A stretch of DNA of 64,000 nucleotides from Nitrosopumilaceae archaeon (lineage in GTDB: Archaea > Thermoproteota > Nitrososphaeria > Nitrososphaerales > Nitrosopumilaceae), in the NCBI GenBank assembly GCA_965208905.1, contig OZ242365.1, forward strand, positions 1,376,001 to 1,440,000, read 5' to 3'. Positions 1-9,371 of this stretch are shown piece after piece. How positions within the stretch are numbered: position 1 is the stretch's first letter; each line of letters begins with the position of its first letter. The notes under the pieces are model-generated. The model was not told the origin of the DNA. It worked only from the letters and a program-made list of their open reading frames with translations, and ran no database searches. The translations under genes were made by a program, and so were the position numbers.

Positions 1-116
1 TAGAGGACATGTGGTACATGCTGACCAGGAACGAACCATATAACCATCCCAACTAAACCATGACCAACCGCAAGATGACCAACGCCAGGCGCGTGGCCAA
101 CCGGGATATTGCCTAG
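1..116 (+). pseudogene. C-terminal end of an IS110-family transposase (truncated by window edge; TAA at 54-56 may be premature)
   Basis: Frame 3 reads EDMWYMLTRNEPYNHPN*TMTNRKMTNARRVANRDIA*; the W-x-ML-T-x-x-EPY motif is typical of IS110 transposase C-termini. Confidence 0.6.
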
Positions 117-365
117 GGTATACCGGTTCGGGGGCGTTTCGCCGCCCCCTGCCCAGCGAGGGGCGGCTCAACGCCCTTTGTACCTCCCCGCCGTCTGGTT
201 GCTCAAAAATAATGCAGTAGAAAGCCAACCATCTGCAACTTCACGGGGTTAACACCTGCCCTTTTCCCCGGGGACGCGTGGGGGATTCTGCGCACCATAA
301 TTTCCTATACGCCCGCAATCCACTTGGAACATACACTCAAACCACTTTGGATGGGGTTTACATAC
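117..365 (+). ncRNA. Structured 3' non-coding end of the IS110-family element (candidate bridge/seek RNA region)
   Basis: GC-rich non-coding tract with stems, e.g. GGGGGCG(130-136)/CGCCCCC(143-149) or alternatively GCCGCCCC(141-148)/GGGGCGGC(160-167); right boundary approximate. Confidence 0.35.
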
Positions 366-1439
366 TGTATAATGCCGTATTGGTGCCCCCATCTTGCAAA
401 AAGATACTCTAATACTTAAAAATCAGACAGACCCATACCATTTGGACCGGATCAAATGTATTACCAACACATAACATCAATGGGTTTTAGCAACCCAAAC
501 ACATGGAAGTTCCCTGTGCATATAGCGTGTGATGCAAAAATTTGCTTCGGAAGGCTCAAGCCAAGGCTCACAGGGGTTCATAACCGACGATACAGCAAGA
601 TATGCTATATAATCCAAGCAGCCCCACAGACTTTATGGAGGGTTAGAACAAAAACCAGATGTAAAGTAGGCCCGCTGAAGTATATTCGCCGGCGCGTTGG
701 AATCGGCGCAGTCGCCCACATGATATGCATGAACACAATTCGTTATTTTGACTCTTCCTGCCTATACACGTAGCATGTCTGGCTGGCCGTTCAACGACTC
801 AGTTATACACAAAGCGCTGTACATGCCATATATCGCCGATACGGCGTGCTTGCGAATCATACGGAATCCGATGTAGTACATGGCATTGTATCACTCTTAA
901 AAATGTGGAGTTTTGGTTTTCGATATGTCCGGTTAAGTATGTTATTTCCGCAATCTTGCACGCGCAGATTATATACGGTATGCGTGTTGGAGTATGTACA
1001 TAACATGGTGACCTCCACAACTCAACAGGGGGAAAGACATCTGGAGTATACTAAAAACCAAACCATCATGGTGTCCGGTTGTACAGGATTTATTGGATCC
1101 CATCTTACAACAAGACTCTCTTCAATGGGATACTCTGTGCGCGGCTTGACAAGAAAGGACATGAATGATCATGACAATATCACATATGTGAAAGCAGATG
1201 TCTTTGATCTTCCAAGTCTGACTAGTGTCATGAAAGGGGTGGATGTGGCATATTACCTACTTCATTCCATGGAGGGTGGCAAAGGTGACTGGCAAGACTT
1301 TGCCAAGAGGGAGAAGGAACAAGCTATGAACTTTCTTCAGGCCGCAAATACATCAAATGTCAAGAGAATCATATATCTTGGATGGAGTGGACCCCATAGA
1401 ATGTTACTGTTTTCGGCATGATTTTACATACATCTTCCA

Positions 1440-2300
1440 TCATTTATTTGTCATCTCCAACTGTTCGGCAAATTCTACTGGTGTCATGTATCCGATAGAG
1501 GAATGAATCCTCTCGGTGTTGTAATCTACAAAGGCCTTTGCAATGATCGTCTCTGCCTCCTGATAGTTCGCAAACTCGTGCGGCCAGATGTATTCCTTTT
1601 TCAGCGTCTTGTGAAATGATTCGACATGTCCGTTCTGCTCCGGCGTATTCTTGTAGATGAATTCATGTTTGCCGATGCCAAGGGCCTGAACCGCATGTCT
1701 AAAGTCGCGGCTCGTATACTGGTTGCCGTTGTCCGTACGCAATCGTAATTGTGAGCAGTCAGGTTTCTCTGCGGCAACCGCGTTGGTGATTGAGGTGATT
1801 GCAATGTCTCGTGTGGCATTGACATCAAACGCGTAGGCGATCCACTTGCGCGTAAAGCAGTCAATTACGTTGAAGCAGTAGCACCAGCCGTCTATACCGC
1901 ACCAGATGTATGTGATGTCCGTCTCCCACAACTGGTGTGGGGCTTTGGGTTTGAAGAGCTTTTGACCCGCTCGAATGATGTCGTTTTTGGTATTTTGTGG
2001 CTGGATGTAGCCCATTTTGCGATATATCCGCTGTATCTGCTTGCGGTTCACCACAATTCCCGTATCGCGCGTTATCTGGGCCGCCATGCGCCGTGTGCCG
2101 TACGTGGGCCTCTTTCTGCTCGTATCTAGCACAGTGCTCAATATATCCGGATTCAATCCCATGTCTCTGGGCTTGGGTTTGTAGTACCATTGGCGCCTGG
2201 ATACGCCCGCATACCCTAGCGACTTGCGCAGGCTCAAATGTTGTTCCTGCATGATTTTTACCGCGTTCAATCGTTGCTTGCCTCCAAGGTTTTTTTTAAA
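1440..2300 (-). CDS. IS3-family OrfB DDE transposase, fused to OrfA by -1 frameshift
   Basis: WETDITY / RTDNGNQY / NGHVESFH DDE triad; slippery TTTAAAAAAAAC (A8 at 2290-2297 on the minus strand) in the OrfA/OrfB overlap. Confidence 0.9.
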   Translation of the reverse strand, partial: FKKNLGGKQRLNAVKIMQEQHLSLRKSLGYAGVSRRQWYYKPKPRDMGLNPDILSTVLDTSRKRPTYGTRRMAAQITRDTGIVVNRKQIQRIYRKMGYIQPQNTKNDIIRAGQKLFKPKAPHQLWETDITYIWCGIDGWCYCFNVIDCFTRKWIAYAFDVNATRDIAITSITNAVAAEKPDCSQLRLRTDNGNQYTSRDFRHAVQALGIGKHEFIYKNTPEQNGHVESFHKTLKKEYIWPHEFANYQEAETIIAKAFVDYNTERIHSSIGYMTPVEFAEQLEMTNK

Positions 2301-2557
2301 GCGTCGTTTGCGATTGTCAGATCCCCTATGATTCGCTTTAGGTCGCCGTTCTCCTTTTTGATGGCCTTTATCGGATCCTTCTTTCCGTGATGGGTCAGTC
2401 CGGACTTGCCTGCGTCCATGAACTTTTGCCGCCAGGCTTGAAACGTTTGGGGATGAACGTTGTGCTTGCGGCACAGCTCGGCCGTGCCAATATTGGTCTT
2501 GATTGATTCCAAAACGATCTGGATCTTTTGGTCTGGAGTAAACTTTGTTCTTACCAT
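2267..2557 (-). CDS. IS3-family OrfA (HTH, leucine zipper)
   Basis: KFTPDQKIQIVLE...AELCRKHNVHP...LKKENGDLKRIIGDL. Confidence 0.9.
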   Translation of the reverse strand: MVRTKFTPDQKIQIVLESIKTNIGTAELCRKHNVHPQTFQAWRQKFMDAGKSGLTHHGKKDPIKAIKKENGDLKRIIGDLTIANDALKKTLEASND

Positions 2558-3632
2558 GGCATCATCCCTCCCATTACGACTTTAAGCTGTATGAACGTGA
2601 GTGTTCTCATTCTAGCGGGGTCCCCACCATGGAGGGCTGGTCAGTAGTGATGGCTCTGAACTCTCACCTCACATGGAGAGTAGAATAAAGGTAGGTCAAA
2701 TTCTTGCATCGGGAAGTATTCCTGTTACAGAACTGCGTGCGTCCATAATAATCGGTGCTCGCGGAGGATCCTTTATGATGTTGAGGTACTTGGTTGAGAG
2801 GCTTAGGTTTATGGTCTGTCCATCGTGGGTGGGCTCATATACCCAACCAATTGCGGTTGATGATGTGGTGGCGTACCTTGTGGGATGCCTTGAGAAGAAG
2901 GAGTCAACTGGTCGAATTTTTGAGATTGGTGGTCCGGACAAGATGACATATGAGCAGCTTATGCGCACGTATTCTACATATTTAGATCGTACATTATTTA
3001 TACTAAATGTACCATTTCTGACTACTCGCCTGTCATCCTTGTGGGTTGATCTGATAACTCCCGTCAAGGCGGCGCTTGCAAGGCCTTTGATAGACAGTCT
3101 AGTACACGACTCGGTTGTCACAGATTCATCGATTGACAAGATAATGCCGATGAAACTAAAGACGGTCACCGAGTCCATTGACATTGCCATTAAAGAAGCA
3201 GACTCCAACTCTGATAGTGCTGTTATTAGACGCAATGCGAAGACCGGGTTTGGACTAAACCAAAAGATTGTACTATTTTCGCTGATTGCCTTGGGGATAT
3301 GCGGTACGTCATATTACTGGTTGGATGATCGGCCTGTTGTGTATGAACCACTTTGGCTGTCTGTCTCTTCTGTATGGTATGTCATTATTGCCTTTGCAGT
3401 AATTATGGTTCGCAACGAGACGAGATTAGGTTATATGGTTGCAGGGGTCCTGGCCTGGGTGACACTGTCGTTTTGGCTGTTTGACAACTTTTATGTTGTG
3501 TTTGACGCATCGATCATCTCTACTGAACCAAACTTTATGATGACTATCCGTAATTTTGTGGGAGTTGTTGTTGCCGCCACGGCAATTATTGCTTCCCATA
3601 ACCTATTCCACAAGAGCGTTTATACGTGATCA

Positions 3633-5002
3633 GGAGCTGTCAAATCTTAGAGGGATATGACAGCCTGCCGTACGGCAGATGTTGGCGAGTTGCCATCCAG
3701 AGGAGATTCCATGAGATGTTCCTTGTTGGTCAGGCTTTGATGCCCGTCCTTTGGACAGCCTGTACCGGCCATCACGTCACCAACGACACTGGGTATAGTG
3801 AGTGTCGCAAGATGTATCTTCCCTCTCAAGACCATTCCGGCCTTGGCTTGCAGTGAATAAACGGCCTGCGCGCGTTTACTCCACTACACTGTATAAAAAG
3901 TGAATAATATGTTGAACGCGGCATTGACATCCGCGTGCTGTACAACGCCGCACTCACGGCACCTGAACCGGCTGCCGTCGCGCCACGTGTTTGTGCTGCC
4001 GTATACACAGCACTGCTGTGATGTGTATTTCGGGTCAATCTCGGCATACTCGGTGTTGTGTTGCAAAGCCTGTTGTGCCAACAAAGCCCGCGCCTCACCG
4101 CACTTGAACTGCCGCATTAGACGGTTCTTGTTCTTCTGGCCTGGGCCCTTGGTCGTCATTGTACGGAGGTTCATGCCCTCCATGATTATTTTGTCGCATT
4201 GCGCAAATAGTTTTTTGGCAAACTTGCGCAGCTTGTCTGTTTGCCGGTTTCCCATCTTGCGGTATATGCTTTGCAGCTGCGCGTGCAGTGTCCACCACTT
4301 GTGGGAGTGAAGTTTGCAATGAGACATCTTCTTTTGAATACGCGCGATGTTCCGTATAGTGTCCTTCTCGCGCAGTGTAGTCATCTCTATTCTGCCGTCC
4401 GATTTTGCCACCACAAGCGTTTGTTTGCCGCCCATGTCAATTCCCGCATGTACGCCGGTACATACACGGTCCGGAACGTGTTCACGTATAGTAACATGCA
4501 GCTCAAACTGTCTTTCCCTGTCCGCATTATTCGTCACATCCACAATTTTGTACGACTGCAATGTGTCGGGCAGGCGTCCTTTCTGGAGTTTGAAAGGTTT
4601 GTCGCACTTTGGGCAATACACTGTATTACCCTTGGACTTTTTGCCAAGCGGCATATTACTATACAGTGGGTAAACCTTCTTGCCATACTTTACGTGAGTG
4701 CACCCCCCCATCTTGTGGCCTTCCTTGATGGCTCCGTGAACCCAAGACTGTGGTATGCCCTGGCATATGGTGGCTATTTTGTTGGTGTCAAACACCGACA
4801 GCCCGGCCCGGCGCGCCTTTATCCCCGCATTGAGCCACACATGACTCTCCGAGTACATGGAGTCAAAATATCTGGTCAGCCTGGCAGATGTCTTTAAACG
4901 GTATTGGACAGTCTTTATGACGTACTTTCCACCATTATACTTCATGTGTGGTTTATAACTTGGTGCTATTTAAGCGGTATCCCCCTAAGATTTGACAGTA
5001 CC
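3633..5002 (-). mobile_element. TIR-bounded non-autonomous element carrying only tnpB, copy 1 (1370 bp, 8-bp TSD CGTGATCA)
   Basis: Ends GGAGCTGTCAAATCTTAGAGGGATA / GGTACTGTCAAATCTTAGGGGGATA (rc); CGTGATCA at 3625-3632 and 5003-5010. Confidence 0.92.
3647..4945 (-). CDS. tnpB: TnpB RNA-guided endonuclease, copy 1 (internal TAG at 3884-3886 where copy 2 has CAG)
   Basis: RuvC motifs GIDMG / IIMEGMNL / ADVNAAFNI, YTSQQC..FRCRECG zinc finger; the frame continues past the stop in register with copy 2. Confidence 0.9.
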
Positions 5003-5215
5003 CGTGATCAATATAATTTAGTAGGGCATTATATGTTTGGGTAGGTATACGTGGTATGCGCATATGTTACCCGTATGTGACTCTACCATAACAAATCTCC
5101 CAAATACTTTACGTTGTAATTGTAGAGGTGATGCTGTTTGACATTAGCTCTATTGTATACCTACTGCGTCTGTATGCATTCAAGGATGTTACCAACTACA
5201 ATATCAATAGTACGA

Positions 5216-5527
5216 TTATGCTTTCTGAACTAGGTATATGGTCTGCTTACCTCTACTGAATATCGATATGTGTACTTTGTCGGCGCCCTGATCCAACCAC
5301 GGAGTGTATGCTTTTTTGTCTTGTGTAAGCAGATCACAATCGTTATCTAGACAGTATGATGCTATTACGTGGTCCGAACTGTCGGATGGCAGATTAGGTG
5401 ATTCTCCGACATATTTGACATCCGTGTATGCTTGTCTGATCTGCTCCTCGTTGTCCGTTCCCCACCCTTTTGTCTGAGCGTCTACAAGTACACTGGTGCC
5501 CATAATGCTTGGTTTGATTCCAAACAT
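5216..5527 (-). CDS. Small PIN-like protein (DUF5615/Mut7-C-like); start probably MGTSVLVD
   Basis: VLVD...SDHVIASYC...LLTQD pattern. Confidence 0.5.
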   Translation of the reverse strand: MFGIKPSIMGTSVLVDAQTKGWGTDNEEQIRQAYTDVKYVGESPNLPSDSSDHVIASYCLDNDCDLLTQDKKAYTPWLDQGADKVHISIFSRGKQTIYLVQKA

Positions 5528-5775
5528 AATAATCTATGGGAATCATACATGATAGTTCACAGAACGCACTGTATACTCCGAGCTATATGGTGGGTATGTG
5601 TGGTCGCCGCACTTTATACGAAATTATTTGCTTTTAATTCTGGTTTTGGTGTGAGATTGTACGCATTGTGGCGTGCTTACTCAGCGATACTATTCCCGAT
5701 CTGATGCAGGTGACACATATATAATTGACTTAAAAAGGTTTTTAATTTATAAGTGAGTACTATACTTGACATATT

Positions 5776-6684
5776 ATGACGAGTAATAGCTTGGGAAACG
5801 TCTGCGAACGATGTAGTAAAGGCTCACTGATAACAGACAATGAGTCAGGTGAGATATACTGTGGCAGTTGTGGATACGTGGTACCTGAAAAACTACAAGA
5901 GTCTGGACCAGAATGGAGATCATTTACACAAGACGAACGCGGCGATAGGGCTCGCGCTGGTGCGCCCACATCACTAAGTATGCATGACATGGGACTGGCG
6001 ACTGTGATAAACTCACAAAACAAAGATGCCTCTGGCAGACCTTTGGCTTCATCCATGAAGAGTACAATCGAGCGTCTTAGAACATGGGATAATAGAAGTC
6101 AGGTACACGAACCCATGGACCGAAACTTCCGGCAAGCATTTGGCGAACTAAACAGACTAAAAGACAAACTAGCACTATCCGATACTGTAGTCGAAAAAGC
6201 TGCATACATATACCGCAAAGCCTTGGACAAGGGTCTTGTAAGGGGTCGTTCTATATCCGCCCTGATGGCATCCGCCCTGTTTGCTGCGTGCAGAGACACT
6301 GAAACGGCGCGCAATATCAAAGATGTTGAGGCTGCATCCAATATAAAAAAGAAGGATATTGCCCGTTGTTATAGACTGTTGCTCAAGGAGCTTGATCTTC
6401 GAATGCCTGTACCAGACCCCATACACTGCGTATCGAGAATTGCCAGCCAGATAGGTATAGCTGAGAAGACAAAGCGGTATGCGATACAAGCGTTAAAGGA
6501 GGCACAAGAGAAAGAAGTGTCTGCAGGAAAAGATCCAATGGGTCTAGCCGCCGCAGCTTTGTACTTGGCATGTGTCAAGAATGGTGAAAGCAAGACTCAG
6601 CGAGATATTGCAGTGGCTGCCAACGTAACTGAAGTTACCATCAGGAATCGTTACAAAGGACTCAAAGACTCCCTAAATATCTAA
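5776..6684 (+). CDS. tfb: Transcription initiation factor IIB
   Basis: N-terminal Zn ribbon CERC...CGSC, GPEWRSF, two cyclin repeats, VTEVTIRNRYK. Confidence 0.98.
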   Translation: MTSNSLGNVCERCSKGSLITDNESGEIYCGSCGYVVPEKLQESGPEWRSFTQDERGDRARAGAPTSLSMHDMGLATVINSQNKDASGRPLASSMKSTIERLRTWDNRSQVHEPMDRNFRQAFGELNRLKDKLALSDTVVEKAAYIYRKALDKGLVRGRSISALMASALFAACRDTETARNIKDVEAASNIKKKDIARCYRLLLKELDLRMPVPDPIHCVSRIASQIGIAEKTKRYAIQALKEAQEKEVSAGKDPMGLAAAALYLACVKNGESKTQRDIAVAANVTEVTIRNRYKGLKDSLNI

Positions 6685-7092
6685 ACATATTTTTGCATTT
6701 TTATTATATGTTATATCGTGTTTATAATTCGCCGCACAACTAGAATCCACGCATGTTGGCCCAAAAATTCGATGGTTGATACGTGCCATTTTGAACAAAT
6801 TTTGCGCAAGTTGTACTGTTTATGATCTGAATTTATGTCAGCTTTATAGTACAGATTTGTGAGAATCTTGATTATTCTGTATAAGTCCGAGATGTTTAAT
6901 ACCAAAACAAGAGATCTTGTATTTTTTTAATTAAACTAATAGTAATGACACTGAAAATATCAAATCTTTCTATACTTGACTATACGCTGAACTACAAATA
7001 CACTAATTCGAATAAATCTTGAAGTATATCGTGTCTTTGTAGGAGTCACTAAGTAGTAAATTTTAAAGGGAGCTGTAATCCTATGTTCAGTA

Positions 7093-7257
7093 ATGACTAC
7101 AAAAGTATATTGTGAACGATGCAACGAAGTTTTTTCATCACAAGAAAAATACCGCAAGCATCTTGATACGGTTCATTCTGGCATGTCGTGTGATACATGC
7201 ATTATCGATTTGGCCATAAGCAAGATATGTGGACTGTTTAAGAGAGCCTCCCAATAA
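7093..7257 (+). CDS. Small C2H2 zinc-finger protein, 54 aa (below ORF-track cutoff)
   Basis: MTTKVYCERCNEVFSSQEKYRKHLDTVHSGMSCDTCIIDLAISKICGLFKRASQ*: C-x2-C-x3-F-x8-H-x4-H plus a second CxxC. Confidence 0.75.
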   Translation: MTTKVYCERCNEVFSSQEKYRKHLDTVHSGMSCDTCIIDLAISKICGLFKRASQ

Positions 7258-8089
7258 AAATAATCCAAAATTATAACTTGTATATCTAACATATATGTAA
7301 TAGGAATCAAAAACTGCATAACCTCATTCCCGTAGCACACTGCCATAGTAAAACATGACGTTTTTATCAATTATTACATATGTGGTAACAGGTACAATCT
7401 TTATACTTTAATAACTCGCGGAATAACCCCATCAATTTATCAAAAAAAAAACACTTTACTAAAACCATGTTTTGATGTAATGTTGAAGATAACTTTACAC
7501 GTGTAGTCGAGATGCACGCGCAGAACGAGTTTAGTTATAGCAGCGTGCAGGAGCGACTACACGGAAATATTAAACTGTTGCTTTGTAAGCATGGTGGTTT
7601 TATGGTAAGGAATTTTGCTTTAATTGTAATAACCATACTGGAGTACAATTTTTTTATACCACAAACGGCACTGGATGGTGAGACTCCGGCTGAGACAGCT
7701 AGTATGTTAATTGAAGAAGACGGTAAAGTTTTGATACTACTTGCAACCTCGACAGTCTAGACCTTTATATCTTGACGGCACATACACAAGACATTATTTG
7801 TGGTCGTGTAAAAAACCCTATTTTTGTGTTTTATATGGGGGTTCAGTTGACTGTGTATAAATAATATCTATGGTATGCCTGAAATACCGGCTACTCTTAT
7901 TTGGCACAGTATAGTTTACAATATATGATTGTTTAAAGTTGAATATAATGTAATTTTCATACGTGCTGGTTACGTGCCAAATGGCTTATTTTGGACCACT
8001 TTACCAATCAGTCGTAAATTCAACAGTATTTTGTCAGCACAAAGATTAATGTAAAACATTATATTTTTTGACTTATTTTTTATATAATA

Positions 8090-8437
8090 TTATGCTGGTA
8101 GTATGACCCTACCGGTATATTCTTTTATGTTGTCTGCACGAAGCCTAGATTCTATCTGCTCTCGTTGTTCAGTAAGTATACCTGTGGCTACCGCCTTTGA
8201 GTATCCCCGCGAATCTACAAGCGCTAGTATGTATCCACTCTGGTCTGTAAGGACAAATCCTGATGATTCATCAACAAAGGCATATAGGATCTCTTCTCCG
8301 ACAGGATTCCATGAACTGTTTACAGAGTCTGCAAGTGCCATGGCTGGCATACCGCGACCATCTGTTATCTCGTTTAGATACATGTGGGCAGCATCGACAC
8401 GTTTGCGTCCCACATTTAATGCCTTAAAGTATTGCAT
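8090..8437 (-). CDS. Hypothetical protein
   Basis: 115-aa ORF with normal composition, co-oriented with neighbours. Confidence 0.7.
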   Translation of the reverse strand: MQYFKALNVGRKRVDAAHMYLNEITDGRGMPAMALADSVNSSWNPVGEEILYAFVDESSGFVLTDQSGYILALVDSRGYSKAVATGILTEQREQIESRLRADNIKEYTGRVILPA

Positions 8438-8466
8438 ATGTTATCAACTTTTATACTGTATAAAAG

Positions 8467-9189
8467 TTATTGGATCGTACTACCAGACTTTGGATCCTTT
8501 AACAAAATAAGGATCTCTTTTAAGGTCTCCAAAATGTAGGTATTCTGCTCTTTGATCTCTTGTATGCTGTATAGACTGTCTTGCGCATTGCGGAAGAGTA
8601 ACCACCTGTACCATCCTCTCTCCAGTAGCATTATAGAGTGTAGCATTGTGTTGGCCTTTGATTTGGACAGTCCGTTCTCCAATAGTATTTGACGAATCTG
8701 CGACTCTGTACTATCTCCACGCATTATATCCTGCATGTAATGGCTGGTCAAGTCTATTATGCAGTTCAACTGTTCCTTGTCGATACCAAACCTCTCAACA
8801 ACTGAATCGTTATTTATCTTGTCCATCCATAGCGAGTCTATTATTTTGGAGAATGATTCATCGAATCTTTTATCATCAATCTTATTTATCTGGCTTATCT
8901 GGTATCGTATGGTAGGTGCATGCTTCTTCATGTTAGACACTATCAGACGGGCCCATGTCTCCTCTAGGCCTAACTCCATCAGACGATTACCAATCTTTAT
9001 TCCGTCATGTTTGGTGATGTCCATCTGTACACGAGATAGTAGTGGAACCAAGTCATCATAATATTGTGGTATCTTAAAGGTGTCCGGATTTAGGTCTGAG
9101 ACTATAAGGGCGCGCTCCTCATCGTTCAGTAAATTGAAAAAGTTGATTGAAACTCGTATGTCGTGACTTTCAGCATCAAAGAGACTCAT
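8467..9189 (-). CDS. Hypothetical protein
   Basis: 240-aa ORF, predicted helical, no motif recognised. Confidence 0.75.
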   Translation of the reverse strand: MSLFDAESHDIRVSINFFNLLNDEERALIVSDLNPDTFKIPQYYDDLVPLLSRVQMDITKHDGIKIGNRLMELGLEETWARLIVSNMKKHAPTIRYQISQINKIDDKRFDESFSKIIDSLWMDKINNDSVVERFGIDKEQLNCIIDLTSHYMQDIMRGDSTESQIRQILLENGLSKSKANTMLHSIMLLERGWYRWLLFRNAQDSLYSIQEIKEQNTYILETLKEILILLKDPKSGSTIQ

Positions 9190-9371
9190 TGCGTTAACAC
9201 CCAGTCTATACGGGCTATAAGCAAGTCTATTCTCTCCTTAAATATGTCATTATACCTTAACCCATAACGTCCTGGAGTAACATTTCTGGGGACTCTCTTT
9301 TTACCCCACAATGAATAGTAATGTCTCTTATTTTGCAATACACTTTCAAGATGTTTGTCTGTATTTATTAT

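Larger units (their letters stand above)
1383..2629 (-). mobile_element. IS3-family insertion sequence, 1247 bp, 4-bp target duplication TGGA
   Basis: TG...CA ends; imperfect TIRs TGGAGTGGACCCC-ATAGAATG / TGGTGGGGACCCCGCTAGAATG; TGGA at 1379-1382 and 2630-2633. Confidence 0.95.
1005..3629 (+). pseudogene. NAD-dependent epimerase/atypical SDR (YbjT-like) with C-terminal membrane domain, split by an IS3 element
   Basis: 5' half has GCTGFIG Rossmann motif and YYLLHSM; removing 1383-2629 plus one TGGA restores IIYLGGLVSSDGSELSPHMESR in frame with ORF 2673-3629. Confidence 0.9.

Noticed and set aside
456-1004. ORF 456-773 and the N-terminal extension of ORF 846-1421
   Set aside because: No recognisable motifs and atypical composition; likely non-coding
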